Assembly: GCF_009914755.1 (NCBI RefSeq)
Contig: NC_060935.1
From: the human T2T-CHM13v2.0 reference genome, Homo sapiens
Direction: 5' to 3' (one strand)
Length of the DNA: 64,000 bases
Shown: piece after piece, positions 21,326 through 39,596 of the stretch
Layout of the letters: each line of letters begins with the position of its first letter
How positions within the stretch are numbered: the first letter of the stretch is position 1
Program-made: the position numbers and the translations under genes
The notes under the pieces: model-generated
What the model was told of the DNA's origin: nothing
Seen by the model: only the letters and a program-made list of their open reading frames with translations
Database searches by the model: none

Positions 21326-22307
21326 CTACTAAAAATACAAAAATCAGCCAGGCGCGGTGGCACACACCTGTAATCCCACTTACTCAGGAGGCTGAGGCAG
21401 AATCACTTGAACTTGGGAGGCGGAGGTTGCAGTGAGCCAAGATCATGCCGCTGCACTCCAACTTGGGGGACAGAGCGAGACTCCCTCTCAAAAAAAAAAA
21501 AAAAATTTAGCTGGGCATGCTTGTGCACACCTGTGGTCCCAGCTACTTGGGAGGCTGAGGTGGGAGGACCGCTTGAGCCAAGGAGGCAGAGGTTGCAGTG
21601 AGCCGACATTGTACTCCAGCCTGAGAGAGAGAGCCAGATGCTGTTCCAAAAAAGGAAAAAAAAAAAAAAAAAAAAGACTGGGAAGACAAGAACAAGAGTT
21701 TGAACTTGGCCTGAGGAGCACGAGGGAGCCATTGCAGAGTGTTCAGTAGAAGAGAGAGAGCAGCAGCTTAGAAAGATTCCTTGTGGTCATGTGAGCACAG
21801 AGGTTGGGTGGGGTCCACTGGGAGGAGTGCAGACAGAGGCTCAGAGGGAGGGGCGGGCTTAACTGGGCCACACACAGCTGAGTGCCCTATACCCAACACC
21901 CCATCTGGCCTCCTTGGCATAGCTTTACCTTCTGTCTTGTTTCCCCCTGCCCGAGTTCCACCTCCCCCAGTAGCTGCTCCCAGAGGCCAGGAGCACTTGG
22001 GCCTCCCCTCCCCCGCCAAGGCCATCAGCCCTGACAGCAGGAGGCGGATGTGTCAATGATGGTTGGTGGCATGCCTGCGCCCCTGCTTCTGCCTGTGCCT
22101 GTGTGGGATGCCTCCTGGGCCTTTCCCTGCTCTGTCCCCGCGCCCAAGCTGGAGCCACAGGTCCCACCTCCCCACCCTCACTCTCATGGTTGTCACCTCC
22201 TGAACATAGACAACAGACAATGTCTAGTTAGTGTGCTGACATTAAATGTCCACAGACAAGAGACAGTTGGAAGGATGGAAACCTCCATGGTCGGTGACTC
22301 TTTCCAG

Positions 22308-22553
22308 ACTGGTTGCTCTGCCACGAAGCAGAACAGAGTTAAGTGCTAACTGGGGCAGTGAGATGAGGGAGATTAAACGGAGGCCCCACTTCCTAAACCA
22401 GTGTGACTCTCGGCCTGACCAGACACCTTCCTCAGCTTCCCGTGAGCTTCCTGCGAGGAAAAAGCCTGAGAGATGGAAATAAACATCTTGCAGGGAAAAT
22501 GGGGCTGCTCGGTTGCACTAATGGAGGAAGCAGCGAAGCAAGCAGGGAACGCT
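22308..22553 (+). pseudogene. DLEC1-like relic exon (WLLCHEAE...KMGLLG)
   Basis: Acceptor ctctttccag at 22307; two DLEC1-like motifs; in-frame TAA shortly after the first. Confidence 0.65.
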
Positions 22554-23122
22554 TTTCCTGGCACTGTACATCCACATCCACCAGCTAACCTTGTCAGCCC
22601 CATCTTCAAAATAAAATATATCCACACTCTGAGCTCCTCCCCTCATCCTCAGAAACACAGCCCTGGGCTGAGCCACCGTCATCTCTCACTGGGATAATTT
22701 CTGCAGCCTCCTACCTGGTGGCCCATGTTCAGCTTCACCCTCTGCCATTTACTTACCACACAAGGTCCAAAACAAAAGCCATGTCCAGGCACTTTTCTGA
22801 TCAAAATTCAGAAATGGCTTCCCTGTTCATGCAGAGTAAATTCCACGGCCCATGACACTCTACCCTCTGGGTGCCTCCAAATTCATCAGGAGGCCTCTCC
22901 CTCGGCTCCACTCACCCTGGCCCCTTGTTGTTCCCGGAACCCAACACACATCCCACCTCAGGACCTTTGCACTTGCCCTTCCGTCTACCTGAAATACCTT
23001 CCCCGAAATGCCTGCCTCACTTCCTTGCCTCTCTGCTCATTAATTGCCTCATCACAGAGGCCTTCCTTGACCTCTACCAAAAACAGGTCTTGGCTGAGCG
23101 AGGTGGCTCATCCCTGTAATCC

Positions 23123-24647
23123 TGAGAGGTGACAGCGTGCTGGCAGTCCTCAGAGCCCTCGCTTGCTCTCGGCACCTCCTCTGCCTGGGCTCCCACTTTG
23201 GCGGCATTTGAGGAGCCCTTCAGCCCACCACTGCACTGTGGGAGCCCCTTTCTGGGCTGGCCAAGGCTGGAGCCCACTCCCTCAGCTTGCAGGGAGGTGT
23301 GGAGGGAGAGGCGCGAGCGGGAACGGGGCTCTTGCGGGCCAGCTGGAGTTCCGGGTGGGCGTGGGCTTGGCGGGCCCCCCACTCGGAGCAGCCGGCCAGC
23401 CCTGCTGGCCCCGAGCAATGAGGGACTTAGCACCCGGGCCAGCGGCTGCGGAGGGTGTACCGGGTCCCCCAGCAGTGCCAGCCCACCGGCACTGCGCTCG
23501 ATTTCTCACGAGCCTTAGCTGCCTTCCCGCGGGGCAGGGCTCGGGACCTGCAGCCCGCCATGCCTGAGCCTGCCACCCCCTCCGTGGGCTCCTGTGCGGC
23601 CCAGCCTCCCCGACGAGCACCACCCCCTGCTCCAAGGCGCCCAGTCCCATCGACCACCCAAGGGCTGAGGAATGCGAGCGCACGGCGCGGGACTGGCAGG
23701 CAGCTCCACCTGCAGCCCCGGTGCGGGATCCACTAGGTGAAGCCAGCTGGGCTCCTGAGTCTGGTGGGGACGTGGAGAGTCTTTATGTCTAGCTCAGGGA
23801 TTGTAAATACACCAATCAGCACCCTGTGTTTAGCTCAAGGTTTGTGAGTGCACCAATGGACACTCTGTATCTAACTGCTCTGGCGGGGCCTTGGAGAACC
23901 TTTACGTCTAGCTCAGGGATTGTAAATACACCAATCGGCACTCTGTATCTAACTCAAGGTTTGTAAACACACCAATCAGCACCCTGTGTTTAGCTCAAGG
24001 TTTGTGAATGCACCAATTGACACTCTATCTAGCTGATCTGGTGGAGCCTTGGAGAACCTATGTGTCGAAACTGTATCTAACTAATCTGATGGAGACGTGG
24101 AGAACCTTTGTATCTAGCTCAGGGATTGTAAAGGCACCAATCAGCGCCCTGTCAAAACAGACCACTGGGCTCTACCAATCAGCAGGATGTGGGTGGGGCC
24201 AGATAAGAGAATAAAAGCAGGCTGCGGGAGCCGGCTGTGGCAACCCACTAGGGTCGCCTGCTGCACTGTGGAAGCTTTGTTCTTTTGCTCTTTGCAATAA
24301 ATCTTGCTACTGCTCACTCTTTGGGTCCACACTGCTTTTATAAGCTGTAACACTCACCGCGAAGGTCTACAGCTTCACTCCTGAAGCCAGCGAGACCATG
24401 AGCCCACCAGGAGGAACGAACAACTCCAGGCGGCACTGCCTTAGGAGCTCATCGCGAAGGTCTGTAGCTTCACTCCTGAGCCAGCGAGACCACGAACTCA
24501 CCAGAAGGAAGAAACTCCGAACACATCTGAACATCAGAAGGAACAAACTCCAGAAGCACCACCTTAAGAGCTGTAACACTCACTGCGAGGGTCCGCGGCT
24601 TCATTCTTGAAGTCAGTGAGACCAAGAACCCACCAATTCCAGATGCA
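23123..24647 (+). mobile_element. Solo LTR12C (ERV9) inserted into an Alu
   Basis: Begins TGAGAGGTGACAGCGTGCTGGCAG, ends CCAATTCCAGATGCA; repeated CCAAT units; AATAAAA TATA-like box at 24210; 4-bp TSD ATCC (23119-23122, 24648-24651); Alu halves on both sides. Confidence 0.93.
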
Positions 24648-25075
24648 ATCCCAGCACTCTTGGAGTCTGAGGTGGATGGAACACTTGAGGCCAGGAGTTC
24701 GAGACCAGCCTGCACAACATGGCAAAACCCCATCTCTACTAAAAATACAAAAATTAGCCTGGCATGGTGGCACACTCCTGTAATCCTAGCTACTCGGGAG
24801 GCTGAGGCAGGAGAATTGCTTGAACCCGGGAGGTGGGGTTGCAGTCAGCCAAGATTGTGCCACTGCACTCCAGCCTCCAACAACTCAGTCTCCAACAACA
24901 ACAACAACAAACCCAGCTCTCCCCAACCCATCCTTTCTCTCTGTTCCTTACCTGTTTATTCTGGCTGACATTTACTTATCGTCTCCCCCACCAGAATGTC
25001 AGCTCCATGAGACAGGAATTTGATATGTTTTGTGTCCTGCTGTATTCCCAATACCTGGTGCTTAATAGATGCTCA

Positions 25076-25453
<378 letters not shown>

Positions 25454-25567
25454 TTAGGAAACTTCATGGAAGGAGGCTTACTTGGGTCAGGTAGCGGAAC
25501 TTGAGAATTTGGGGTTCCCTCTCTAATCTTTTGAATTTACTGGCACATGTCTGCCCTGACTCTCTTT

Positions 25568-25893
<326 letters not shown>

Positions 25894-26971
25894 GACTCTC
25901 TTTTCAAAAAAAATATTTTTTATTTATATTTTTATTTTTATGTTTTTTAGATAGAGTTTTGCTCTGTCGCCCAGGCTGGAGTGCAGTGGCGTGATCTCAG
26001 CTCACTGCAACCTCTGCCTCCTGGGTTCAAGTGAGTGGCCTCAGCCTCCCAAGTAGCTGGGATTACAGGGATGCACCACCATGCCCAGCTAATTTTTGTA
26101 TATTTAGTATAGACAGCATTTCACCATGTTGGCCAGGCTGGCCTCAAACTCCTGACCTCAGGTAATCCATCCACCTCAGCCTCCCACAGTGCTGGGATTA
26201 CAGGCATGAGCCATGGCGCGCAGCCCACAGTTTTTTTTTTTTTTTTCAATAAAAAGTAGAGATGAGGTCTTGCTATACTGCCCAGGCTGATCTCGAACTT
26301 CTGGGCTCAAGTGATCCTCCTGCCTCTGTCTCCCAGAATGCTGGGATTATGGGCATGAGCCACCATGCTCAGCTCTCAAGCTTCATTCGCTCATTCAGCA
26401 AATGTGTACCAACTTCTGCTCTGGGTAGGACTCTGGGAGCCCAGAACAATCAAGCCCCAGCCCTGTAGCTATGAAAAAAAAAAAAAAATACAAGAATGGA
26501 AATGAACACTTAGAACACTAAGCACCTCAGCTGTAAATGATATTTACATAGTAAAAATAATGTAATCAACAAATACTTATTTAACCAAAAATCACGACGG
26601 AACTCTGTTGGGAGGGCCAGAAGAAAGGATAGGTGTGTATGTATGTGGGGAGTGGGAGGGAGATAGAAGAGCTAAGCTCTCATCTTCCATAGTAGGAAGT
26701 CAATAGATAGTGTCCAAATTTGAAAAACCAAGAAATTGCAATGCAAGCATATAATCTAGAAATACAGAGGTAAATCTCAGAGGAAACACCTCCCAGAGCA
26801 GCTGCCCTGGGGGTGGCATGGGATAGGGCCAAGTGCTGCTGGTTTTCTTAAGTCTTCAACTATTTGATTTTTTTTTTGGAAATCAGCTTTCCCAGGTTGA
26901 ATTCAACTATTTGATTTTGTAAACTAAGCACATAGGTTGCTTTGATAAAAATTTAAATCAGGCTAGGCTCA

Positions 26972-27241
<270 letters not shown>

Positions 27242-27431
27242 TCAAAAAAAAAAAAAAAATCAAATCAAATCAAATCAAATCAAATAATAGATTTAACATA
27301 GATTTATAAATTACTTATGAGGCCATGAATTCGTGGCTGCCAGAATTAGATGTTTTGGAAATAAGTCTTTTAAAGTTCATTTCAAAAGGCAACACAGGGC
27401 TGGGCATGGCGGCTCATACCTGTAATCCTAG

Positions 27432-27765
<334 letters not shown>

Positions 27766-28245
27766 TGAGACCAGCCTGGGCAACATAACAAGACCTCATG
27801 TCTACTGCTAAAAAAATAATTAGCTGGGCATGGTGGTGCATGTCTGTAGTCTCAGCTACTGGGGAGGCTGAGACAGGAGGATTGCTTAAGCCTGGGAGAT
27901 GGAGCTGCAGTGAGCGATTATTATGCCAGTGAACTCCAGCCTGGGGAACTGAGCAGGACTGCGTCTTAAAAGAAAAAAAGCAACACAGGATAATTGGCAA
28001 AATTGCAATATGATCTAGATATTAAAGAATAGAATGGTATCACCATTACATTTCCCAAATTTGATGGTTATGTAAGGGAGTTCTTACGAGATGCATGCTG
28101 AATGAAGTTTTTAGGGGTGAGGGACATAATGTTTACAACCTATTCTCAAATGATTTTAAGGAAATATATACACATATACACATATTACATATTCATATAA
28201 AAGAATGTGAACAATAAAACAAATGTGGCAAAAATTGGTGGATCA

Positions 28246-28632
<387 letters not shown>

Positions 28633-28902
28633 TTAAGAAAATAAAGCAATATGATAACATCACAAAAAGAGAGGTAGCCAGACAGTATGTACCTCCTGAT
28701 GGGAGCAACAGTACTATCTATAAAACATGCTTGCCCAAATAAGTCAAGGCTGCGTTTTATCAAGCTTCTAGATCCAACCCCAATTTACAAGAACCCCTGG
28801 CGATGGATAAACATATCAAATCACACCATGGGGCTGCAACCAGCAAAATGCAGGTGTGGGGATTCCTACAGGACAAACAGCCCAACTTTTTTTTTTTTTT
28901 GA

Positions 28903-29208
<306 letters not shown>

Positions 29209-29605
29209 TAAATTATGAAGAAAAAAGAGAGATGGGAAAGCTCTAGATGAAAAGAAACCTGACCTATTAACCAATTGCATTATTTCTATTTGGATATTAA
29301 TTCAAACAAACTGCAAAAAAAAAAAAAATAAAGAAAATATTTATGAGACATTTGGAACTTTGAACATTAACTAGAAATTGACCAGATATTTGATATTATA
29401 GAACTATTCCTTTTTTTAGGAGCAAAAATGATATAACAATTTATTTTTTCTTTTGAGATGGAGTCTCACTCACTCTGTCATCCAGGCTGGAGTGCAGTAG
29501 CACAATCTCGGCTCACTAACCTGCATCTCTTGGGTTCAAGCGAGTCTCGTGCTTCAGCCTCCCAAGTAGCTGGGATTACAGGTGTGCATCACCATGCCCG
29601 GCTAA

Positions 29606-29725
<120 letters not shown>

Positions 29726-30255
29726 TGAGTAGCTAGAACTACAGGCACGTGCCACCAAGCCCAGCTAATTTTTGGATTTTCTGTAGAGACAGGGTCTCAC
29801 CATGTTGGCCAGGCTGGTCTTGAACTTCTGACCTCGTGATCCACCCGCTTTGGCCTCCCAAAGTGCTGGGATTACAGGCGTGAGCCACCGTGCCTGGCCT
29901 AATTTTTGTATTTTTAGTAGAGACAGGGTTCACCATGTTGCCCAGGCAGTTCTCAAACTCCTGACCTCAAGTGATCCACCTACCTCAGCCTACCCAAGTG
30001 CTGGGACTACAAGTGTCAGCCACAGCATCTGGTCTATTTTTTCTTCTTAAAAAATGTTTTGCTTTATATGTTCAGAGAAACTTCTTTAGTAATAAACTAT
30101 AGAAATGATCCTTGAAAGTACAGTCCTTATTTATTCCTAAAAAAATTTTTTTTGCTTGGTATAATATTTATGCTGAGGCCAGGCACGGTGGCTGATGTCT
30201 GTAATCCTAGCACTTTGGGAGCCCAAGGCGAATGGATCACGAGGCCGGGAATTCA

Positions 30256-30477
<222 letters not shown>

Positions 30478-30566
30478 TTACGCTGATAAAAGACTCCTCA
30501 TCTTTTAGATTATTTTCCTTGTGATGAATGGAATAATCTAATGTCTGGGATTTGCTTCAAAGGTGA

Positions 30567-30805
<239 letters not shown>

Positions 30806-30995
30806 TAGAGGAACAACAGCCTTGTTCCAAAACTCACAAAGGGGCTCCATCTGATGGTGAAGATGCTTCCAAGATGTCTGTGAAGACTTTGCTCACAATT
30901 GTTCTATAAAACGTATTCAAGACCTAGCTACTGATGGATGGGGGCTGAGGCTGGAGCATTGCTTGAGCCCAGGAGTTCGAAGCTGCAGTGAGCTA

Positions 30996-31277
<282 letters not shown>

Positions 31278-31278
31278 C

Positions 31279-31282
<4 letters not shown>

Positions 31283-31327
<45 letters not shown>

Positions 31328-31333
31328 ATATAA
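31283..31333 (+). repeat. (TAAA)n microsatellite (Alu tail derived)
   Basis: About 12 tandem TAAA units. Confidence 0.95.
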
Positions 31334-32273
31334 AATGCATCCAAACCAGGACTGTGGCTGTTAGTTCCTATTACTGCCGTTGTTGATGGTGACTATGCCT
31401 CACGGTGCAGGTATCACCTCCACCATACAGAAGAGGCCACGTGCTGTTCCAATGAGAACTCAGGACCCAGAGCCATCACCAGGAGAAGCAGAAGCTAAAT
31501 GAGATGTTTAGAATTCCAGCCAGTCTCAGCTGTGGCAAGAGGGAGCACTTATCTCTGTATATTTGGACATCTGTGGGCGGTGTTTATTTGCTGGGAAGTC
31601 TGGGTCTCTTCCCCTGGGGCTGCTGGAAGCCATGGCAGCCGAAGGACACAAGCTGGAGGAGGGTCAGGAATGGGCAGCCTGAAGCAGACACTGAGGTCAG
31701 GCAGGGCGTGGTGGGTGAGAACTAACTGCAGACTCAGTGGTGCCAGAGGTGGCCTGGCCATAGGGAGGGCCCTGGGCAAAGCTTGGACAAGCATCTCTGG
31801 GCTTTGATTCTACATTTCAGCTGTTATGTGCAGGGTCACACAGACCCGGGTATGAATCTTGACTTTGCCACTTGCCAGCTCCAGTGTGGCTCATGGCTGG
31901 AAGATCCTGTGTTCTCATCTTTGAAAATGTCTCATCTATGACAATGTTGGGACCAAGCTTATGGGTTGTCCTGAGGCATCAGTGAGGTGACGTTTGGAAG
32001 CTCTTAGCACAGGGCTAGGTGTGCCAGGAGCACTTGAAACCTAGGGGCTGCCACCGCCACAGCTGCTCTCTTTTAGACGACAGATGTCCAGTTCTAACAA
32101 GACTGAATATGTCAAATTTCTGTATGAAAGGCACCATAAACACAGTAAAAGACAAGAGACAAGGGAATAAAAGAGTAACTTACAGTAGAGAAGTCCGGGC
32201 GCGGTGGCTCACGCCTGTAATCTCAGCACTTTGAGAGGCTGAGGCAGGCAGATCACTTGAGGTCAGGAGTTCA

Positions 32274-32513
<240 letters not shown>

Positions 32514-32760
32514 CTAGCTCAGCCAGGTGACCAAGGCCGACACCAGCAACATGAGGGTTACGATGAAAGAGGCACTTTCCCTCTATGATCTTTTCACCTA
32601 AAACCCATAAGCCTTCCCTAGTCATGAGAAAGACAAATGCCAATTGAGGGACATTCTGCAAAACAGATGGCAGTCCTTCTCAAAACTGTCAAGGTCATTT
32701 AAAAAACAAACAAGGAAACCTGTAATCCCAGCTACTCAGGAGGCCAAGGTGGGAAGATCA

Positions 32761-33018
<258 letters not shown>

Positions 33019-33596
33019 TCAGGAGGCTAAGGCAGGAGAATTGATGGAACCCAGGAGGCAGAATTTGCAGTGAGCCGAGATCACCCCACTACACTCCAGC
33101 CCGGGCATCAGAGCAAGACTCCATCTCAAAAAAAAAAACCCAAAGCTGGGTGTGGTTGCTCACGCCTGTAATCCTAGCACTTTGGGATGCCCAGGCAGGC
33201 AGATCACCTGAGGTCAGGAGTTTGAGACCAGCCTGGCCAACATGGTGAAACCCCGTTGCTACCAAAAATACAAAAATTAGCCAGACATGGTGGTGCACAC
33301 CTGTAATCCCAGCTACTCGGGAGGCTGAGGCAGGAGAATCGCTTGAACTCAGGAGGTGGAAGTTGCAGTGAGCTGAGACTGTGACACTACCCTCCAGCCT
33401 GGGCGACACAGTGAGAATCCGTCTCAAAAACACAACAACAACAAAAAACAAAACCCAAAACAAAAAACAAAACCAAAAAAAGGTTTTAAATGAGGATAGA
33501 CGAAAAACTGTCACAACCAAGAGGAGCTTAAGGAGACATGATGAGTAAATGTAATGTGGTGTCCTAGGGGGGACCCTGGGACAGAAGGAGGACATG

Positions 33597-34226
33597 TGTG
33601 GTAGATGCATCTGACGCCAATAATGTAAGCATACCCTGAGAAAGACGTAAGAAACACGCGTGACGGTCCTGAGCTAAGGAATCTGAGAGTGGCCGCTCTA
33701 GAGATTCACCCCTTATCTATGAAGAACCCTTGGCCCATCCCTTGGAACTCAGGTCATGTACAGGGTCAAGGCCCTTTTGCTTTGGGTTAGGTGGAGGTTG
33801 CTAAGTAAAAATGCTATATAAACTGCATGCCGTTTATAAACAGTAGCAGTTCTCTTGTCCAGCCTGCTGCCACTGGACTGTCCTCATATGTAAGTCCCCC
33901 TCAATCAGCCCTGTGTCTCAGCCAGGCGTGGTGGCTCGCACCTATAATCCCAGCACTTTGGGAGGCTGAGTGGGAGGATTGCTTCAGCCTAGGAGTTCAA
34001 GACCAGCCCTGGAAATTCAGTGAGACTCCATCTCTACAAAAAATTAAAAAACTTAGCTGGGTGTAGTGGCATGCACATGTAGTTCTAGCTACTCGGGAGG
34101 CTGAGGTGGGAGGATCACTTGAGTCCGGGAGGATCACTTGAGTCCAGCAGGATGAGGCTGCCGTGAGCAGTGATCATGCCACTGCACTCCAGGTTGGGCA
34201 ACAGAGCAAGACCTTGTCTCAAAAAA

Positions 34227-34268
<42 letters not shown>

Positions 34269-34362
34269 ACCCTATGTCTCGTTCCCTGCCTCCAGGTCTC
34301 TTCTTCAGCCTCTTGGACACAGTGCCATCGCTATTGGCATCAATAGGGGTCAGGCACGACAG
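33597..34362 (+). mobile_element. ERV LTR (family not determined) with internal Alu, embedded in an L1M fragment
   Basis: TG...CA termini; TATATAAA at about 33816; L1M-like 3' sequence resumes on both sides. Confidence 0.55.
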
Positions 34363-35265
34363 GACAGTAGGTAAAAACTAAGGAAATCAGAATAAGTTAC
34401 GGACTTAGCAATAATGTATCAATATTGGTTCATTAACTGTGACAAATGTATAATAATAACAAAATAATAATAGAGGAAGCTGGGTGTGGGCTATATGGGA
34501 ACTGTCTACTATCTTTGTGATTTTTCTGTCAATCTAAAACTATTCTAAATTAAATAATATACTAAAAAAGAAAACAGACAAGAGACAGCCTGGGAGAAAA
34601 TACAAGGACACTTCATCTATACAAAAAATAAAATTAGCCGGGCGTGGTGGCATCCGCCTAGAGTCCCACCTACTCAGAAGGCTGAGGTGGGAGGATCCCT
34701 TGAGTTCAGGAGGTTGAGGCTGCAGTGAGGAGAGCATTTAAAGGCAGAAAACATAAGAATGCCTATAATTTTTTTTTTCAGGTGGAGTCTCGCTTTGTCG
34801 CCAGGCTGGAGTCCAGTGGCACGATCTCGGCTCACTGCAACCTCCGCCTCCTGGGTGCAAGCGATTCTCCTGCCTCAGCCTTCTGAGTAACTGGGATTAC
34901 AGACACCCGCCACCACGCCCAGCTAAATTTTGTATTGTTAGTAGGGACGGGGTTTCACCATGTTGGCCAGGATGGTCTCAATCTCTTGAGTCATGATCCA
35001 CCCACCTCGGCCTCCCAAAGTGCTGGGATTACAAGCGTGAGCCACTGCGCCCGGCCTATAATTTTTTTTTTAACCCAGTAGAAAACAATCCAGCAGGAAA
35101 ATGGGCAAAGGAAGGAAATGGCAAGTTCACAGAGGAGGAGACAAACAGGTCAATACGCACATGAAGAGATGCCTGACCACCCTGTCATCAAAGAATGCAA
35201 ATGAAAACAACAATAAACCATCATTTCTCCCAATGAGATTGGTAAAAGTTAGAGAAAATTGATGA

Positions 35266-35598
<333 letters not shown>

Positions 35599-36110
35599 TA
35601 ATTTTCGTATTTTTAATACAGACGGGGTTTCACTGTGTTGACCAGGCTGGTCTCGCTCTCCTGACCTCGTGATCCACCTGCCTCAGCCTCCCAAAGTGCT
35701 GGGATTACAGGCATGAGCCATCACGCCCAGCCTATGACTTTTAAGATAAAAATGCACATACCCAGTGTGTTCCTTGCTGCATTATTTGTAATAACAAAAA
35801 TCAGAAACAACCTTAGTCCATCAATAGGAGACTAGGATGCACATACACAATGAAATACTCTGCGAATGACGAAAAAGCCTGAGGCGCGTTTACAGTGCAA
35901 ATAGAGCAATGATCCCCGTTAACACTGTGCAGCACTCATGTGCCAGCCTCTCTCAAAATGTAATTTTCACAACTCTGTGAGTTAATTACTATTATTATCC
36001 CCATTTTACAGATGAGAAAAACTGAGGCAGAGAGGGGTTAAGTAACTTTTTCAAGATTGCACACTTAATAAATAGCAGAGTGAGGATTTGAACCCAAGTA
36101 AGCTGCTTTA

Positions 36111-36236
<126 letters not shown>

Positions 36237-36382
36237 CTACCAAAAAAAAAAATTTTTTTTAATTAGCTGGACATGGTGGTACACACCTGTAGTCGCAGCT
36301 ACTTGGAAGCCCGAGGCAGAAGGATCTCTTGAGCCTGGAAGGTTGAGACCAGCCTGGGCAACATAGCAAGACACTGTCTCTA

Positions 36383-36580
<198 letters not shown>

Positions 36581-36591
36581 CTATATACACT

Positions 36592-36593
<2 letters not shown>

Positions 36594-36623
<30 letters not shown>
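36594..36623 (+). repeat. (CA)n microsatellite
   Basis: About 15 CA units. Confidence 0.95.
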
Positions 36624-36626
<3 letters not shown>

Positions 36627-36862
36627 ACTCACACACACGTACCCACACAAATCCGTGTGCATATGCTTACATATATGCAAATACATAAACAACACCTGAA
36701 AGGTCTCCACAGCCCAGCAACCTGATAAGCATCTTACCTTTCCAGGGCAAAGCGGGAGGATGGGGGAGTGGATAAGACTTTGACGGATCTGCATGAACGA
36801 GTATTATTTTGATTCTGTGGGGTTTTTTTGTGTTTTTCCTTTCATTCCTCTCTTCCCTGCAG

Positions 36863-37033
36863 CTGCCCCACCCGCAGCACAGAGACACTGGCCACTGGAC
36901 CAGCTCTCCCAGCACTACCTCCTGGGAGGGCGGATGCAGGGGAACAAAGAAGTCGTTGCTAAGCTATGCTTTTCAAATTAGACTTTTTCAAAGCCCACAG
37001 CAGGAACAATGGCCTTGAGAACAAGCCTCCCAT
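36863..37033 (+). pseudogene. DLEC1-like relic exon (HWP...FQSPQ...NGLENK)
   Basis: Long pyrimidine-rich acceptor ending tgcag at 36862; donor GTAGGA at 37034; motifs spread over shifted frames. Confidence 0.6.
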
Positions 37034-38849
37034 GTAGGAGCCTTTCATGGCTGGGCTGTTGAGGGAGAAGAGGTTTGTTGAGAAAAGAGCTACAGGCTCA
37101 CAGCCAAAGGTGTACAGCAGCCACATAGGAATAGAAGAAGCTGGGGGCAGGTAGGCACATTTTCCTGTTTCTGAGGTAGCCTGAGGCCTTGCCCCAACCC
37201 GACATTCTCTCCATGCTCACCTCCCCGGGCCCTGCCCCCGGGAGTGCTGAGTGCCTTCAAGCCCCTGGGAGAATAACTTAGCCATGCCCGAAAAACCAGA
37301 AATAAAAAAATAAAACCAGAAAGGTCAGGAGGCTGAGTCTGGGTCCTCAGGCCTCAGGAAACTGCAGGGGGACCCCTGCCACCACCCTTGTATCCCATGG
37401 AGACGGAAGGGCTTCTAAATGTTTCTCGAGCCTCATAAGGATGGGAGAGGGTTGCAGGACTAGAGGACCTGGCACCAGGAAGGGAGGCCGCTGCCCGCCC
37501 TCATGTGGCCTGCCTACCTGTTAACAGAGGTCTCGTCAGACCCTGGCCAGCAGGGACAAAGGCCAATGTCCAGGAGCTGAGAGGCAAGAGGCCCTCAGGG
37601 GAAGGACAGAGAAAGGTGTGGGGACTAGGTGCCCCCTTCCTAATGTTAGGACCAACTTAAACCTGCGGTGCTTGGCTCTGCCCTGGCACAAGAGGATAAG
37701 GGGCAGGGAGAAAAACTGGTTTCATGAAATTCAGTGGGTTGACAAAATACAATAGAATCAAATCAAGTAACAGAGTATTACTTTATGAAACTTTTGCTAC
37801 ATGATTATTGATTAAATGTTGTGCTGGTTTCAAAGTGCACTGGATTTCCCACTGTTAGTCAAGGCCAAAAATATGGGAAAAATTTTCTCAAAGACTACAA
37901 AAAGTCTCTGTGTAGGTCAGGCTGGTGAGATGAGTTTGGTTATTAGAGAGTTAGAAAAGGTTACGTTTTTCATACCAATTCTTATCTTTAGGATCTTAAA
38001 CTACAGCCATTTGTTTGATTTTTGGCACAGTGAGGATATAAGTGTATTACTTCTGTAATTTAAAAATGTTACTGGCCTTGTTCGGTGGCTCACACCTGTA
38101 ATCCCAGCACTTTGGGAGGCCAAAGTGGACAGATCACCTGAAGTCAGGAGTTCGAGACCAGCCTGACCAACATGGCGAAACCCTGTCTACTAAAAATGCA
38201 AAAATAATTAGCCAGGAGTGGTGGCAGGTGCCTGTAATCCCAGCTACTCCGGGAGCCAAGGCACAGAACTGCTTGAATTCGGGAGGCAGAGGTTGCAGTG
38301 AGCTGAGATCACGCCACTGCACTCCAGTCTGAATGACAGAGCAAGACTGTCTCAAAATAAATAAACGAATAAATAAATAAATAATGTTACTGAATGCCCC
38401 TGACATCAAAAATGGACTAGTGGTTCCAACAGGCACAAGGTTGGCCATTGTGATAGGGGATGGTAGGAGCTCTAATTGGTTAAGATAAAGGCATATATAA
38501 AGGACTCTGAACCCAGCCATGGGGGCAACGGGCAGTGGGTAGAAATGGCATGTGAGATGAAGAGGGGTCTCAGCCGAGTTGAGTATGAGTTAGGCAGATG
38601 GGGAAAGCACTATCGAGGCAGATGACAAAGTTCTGGAGGGCATGAGATCTCCCTGTCCAGTGGAGTACAGTGTGTAGCCCCATCCTCCTCCAGGCTGGCC
38701 CTAAAATGCTGTGTCAAACAAGGTCCATGATAGACTGGGTAGGGCAGGCAAGTGTCCAAAGCAAGGTAACCAGAGGTCAACCCCAAAGGGCAGTGCCACC
38801 AGGGAGATCCAAGGCATGGGCACCGGGCGAGGCATAGGGTGCAAGGTCG

Positions 38850-39551
<702 letters not shown>

Positions 39552-39596
39552 TTGTCAGGTTGGGAATAATGACTCAAGATGGCTCAAGGAGAAAGG

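Noticed and set aside
23790-24180. Regularly spaced repeats that could look like a CRISPR array
   Set aside because: These are the known CCAAT-containing enhancer repeats of LTR12; the spacers are not unique and the context is human.
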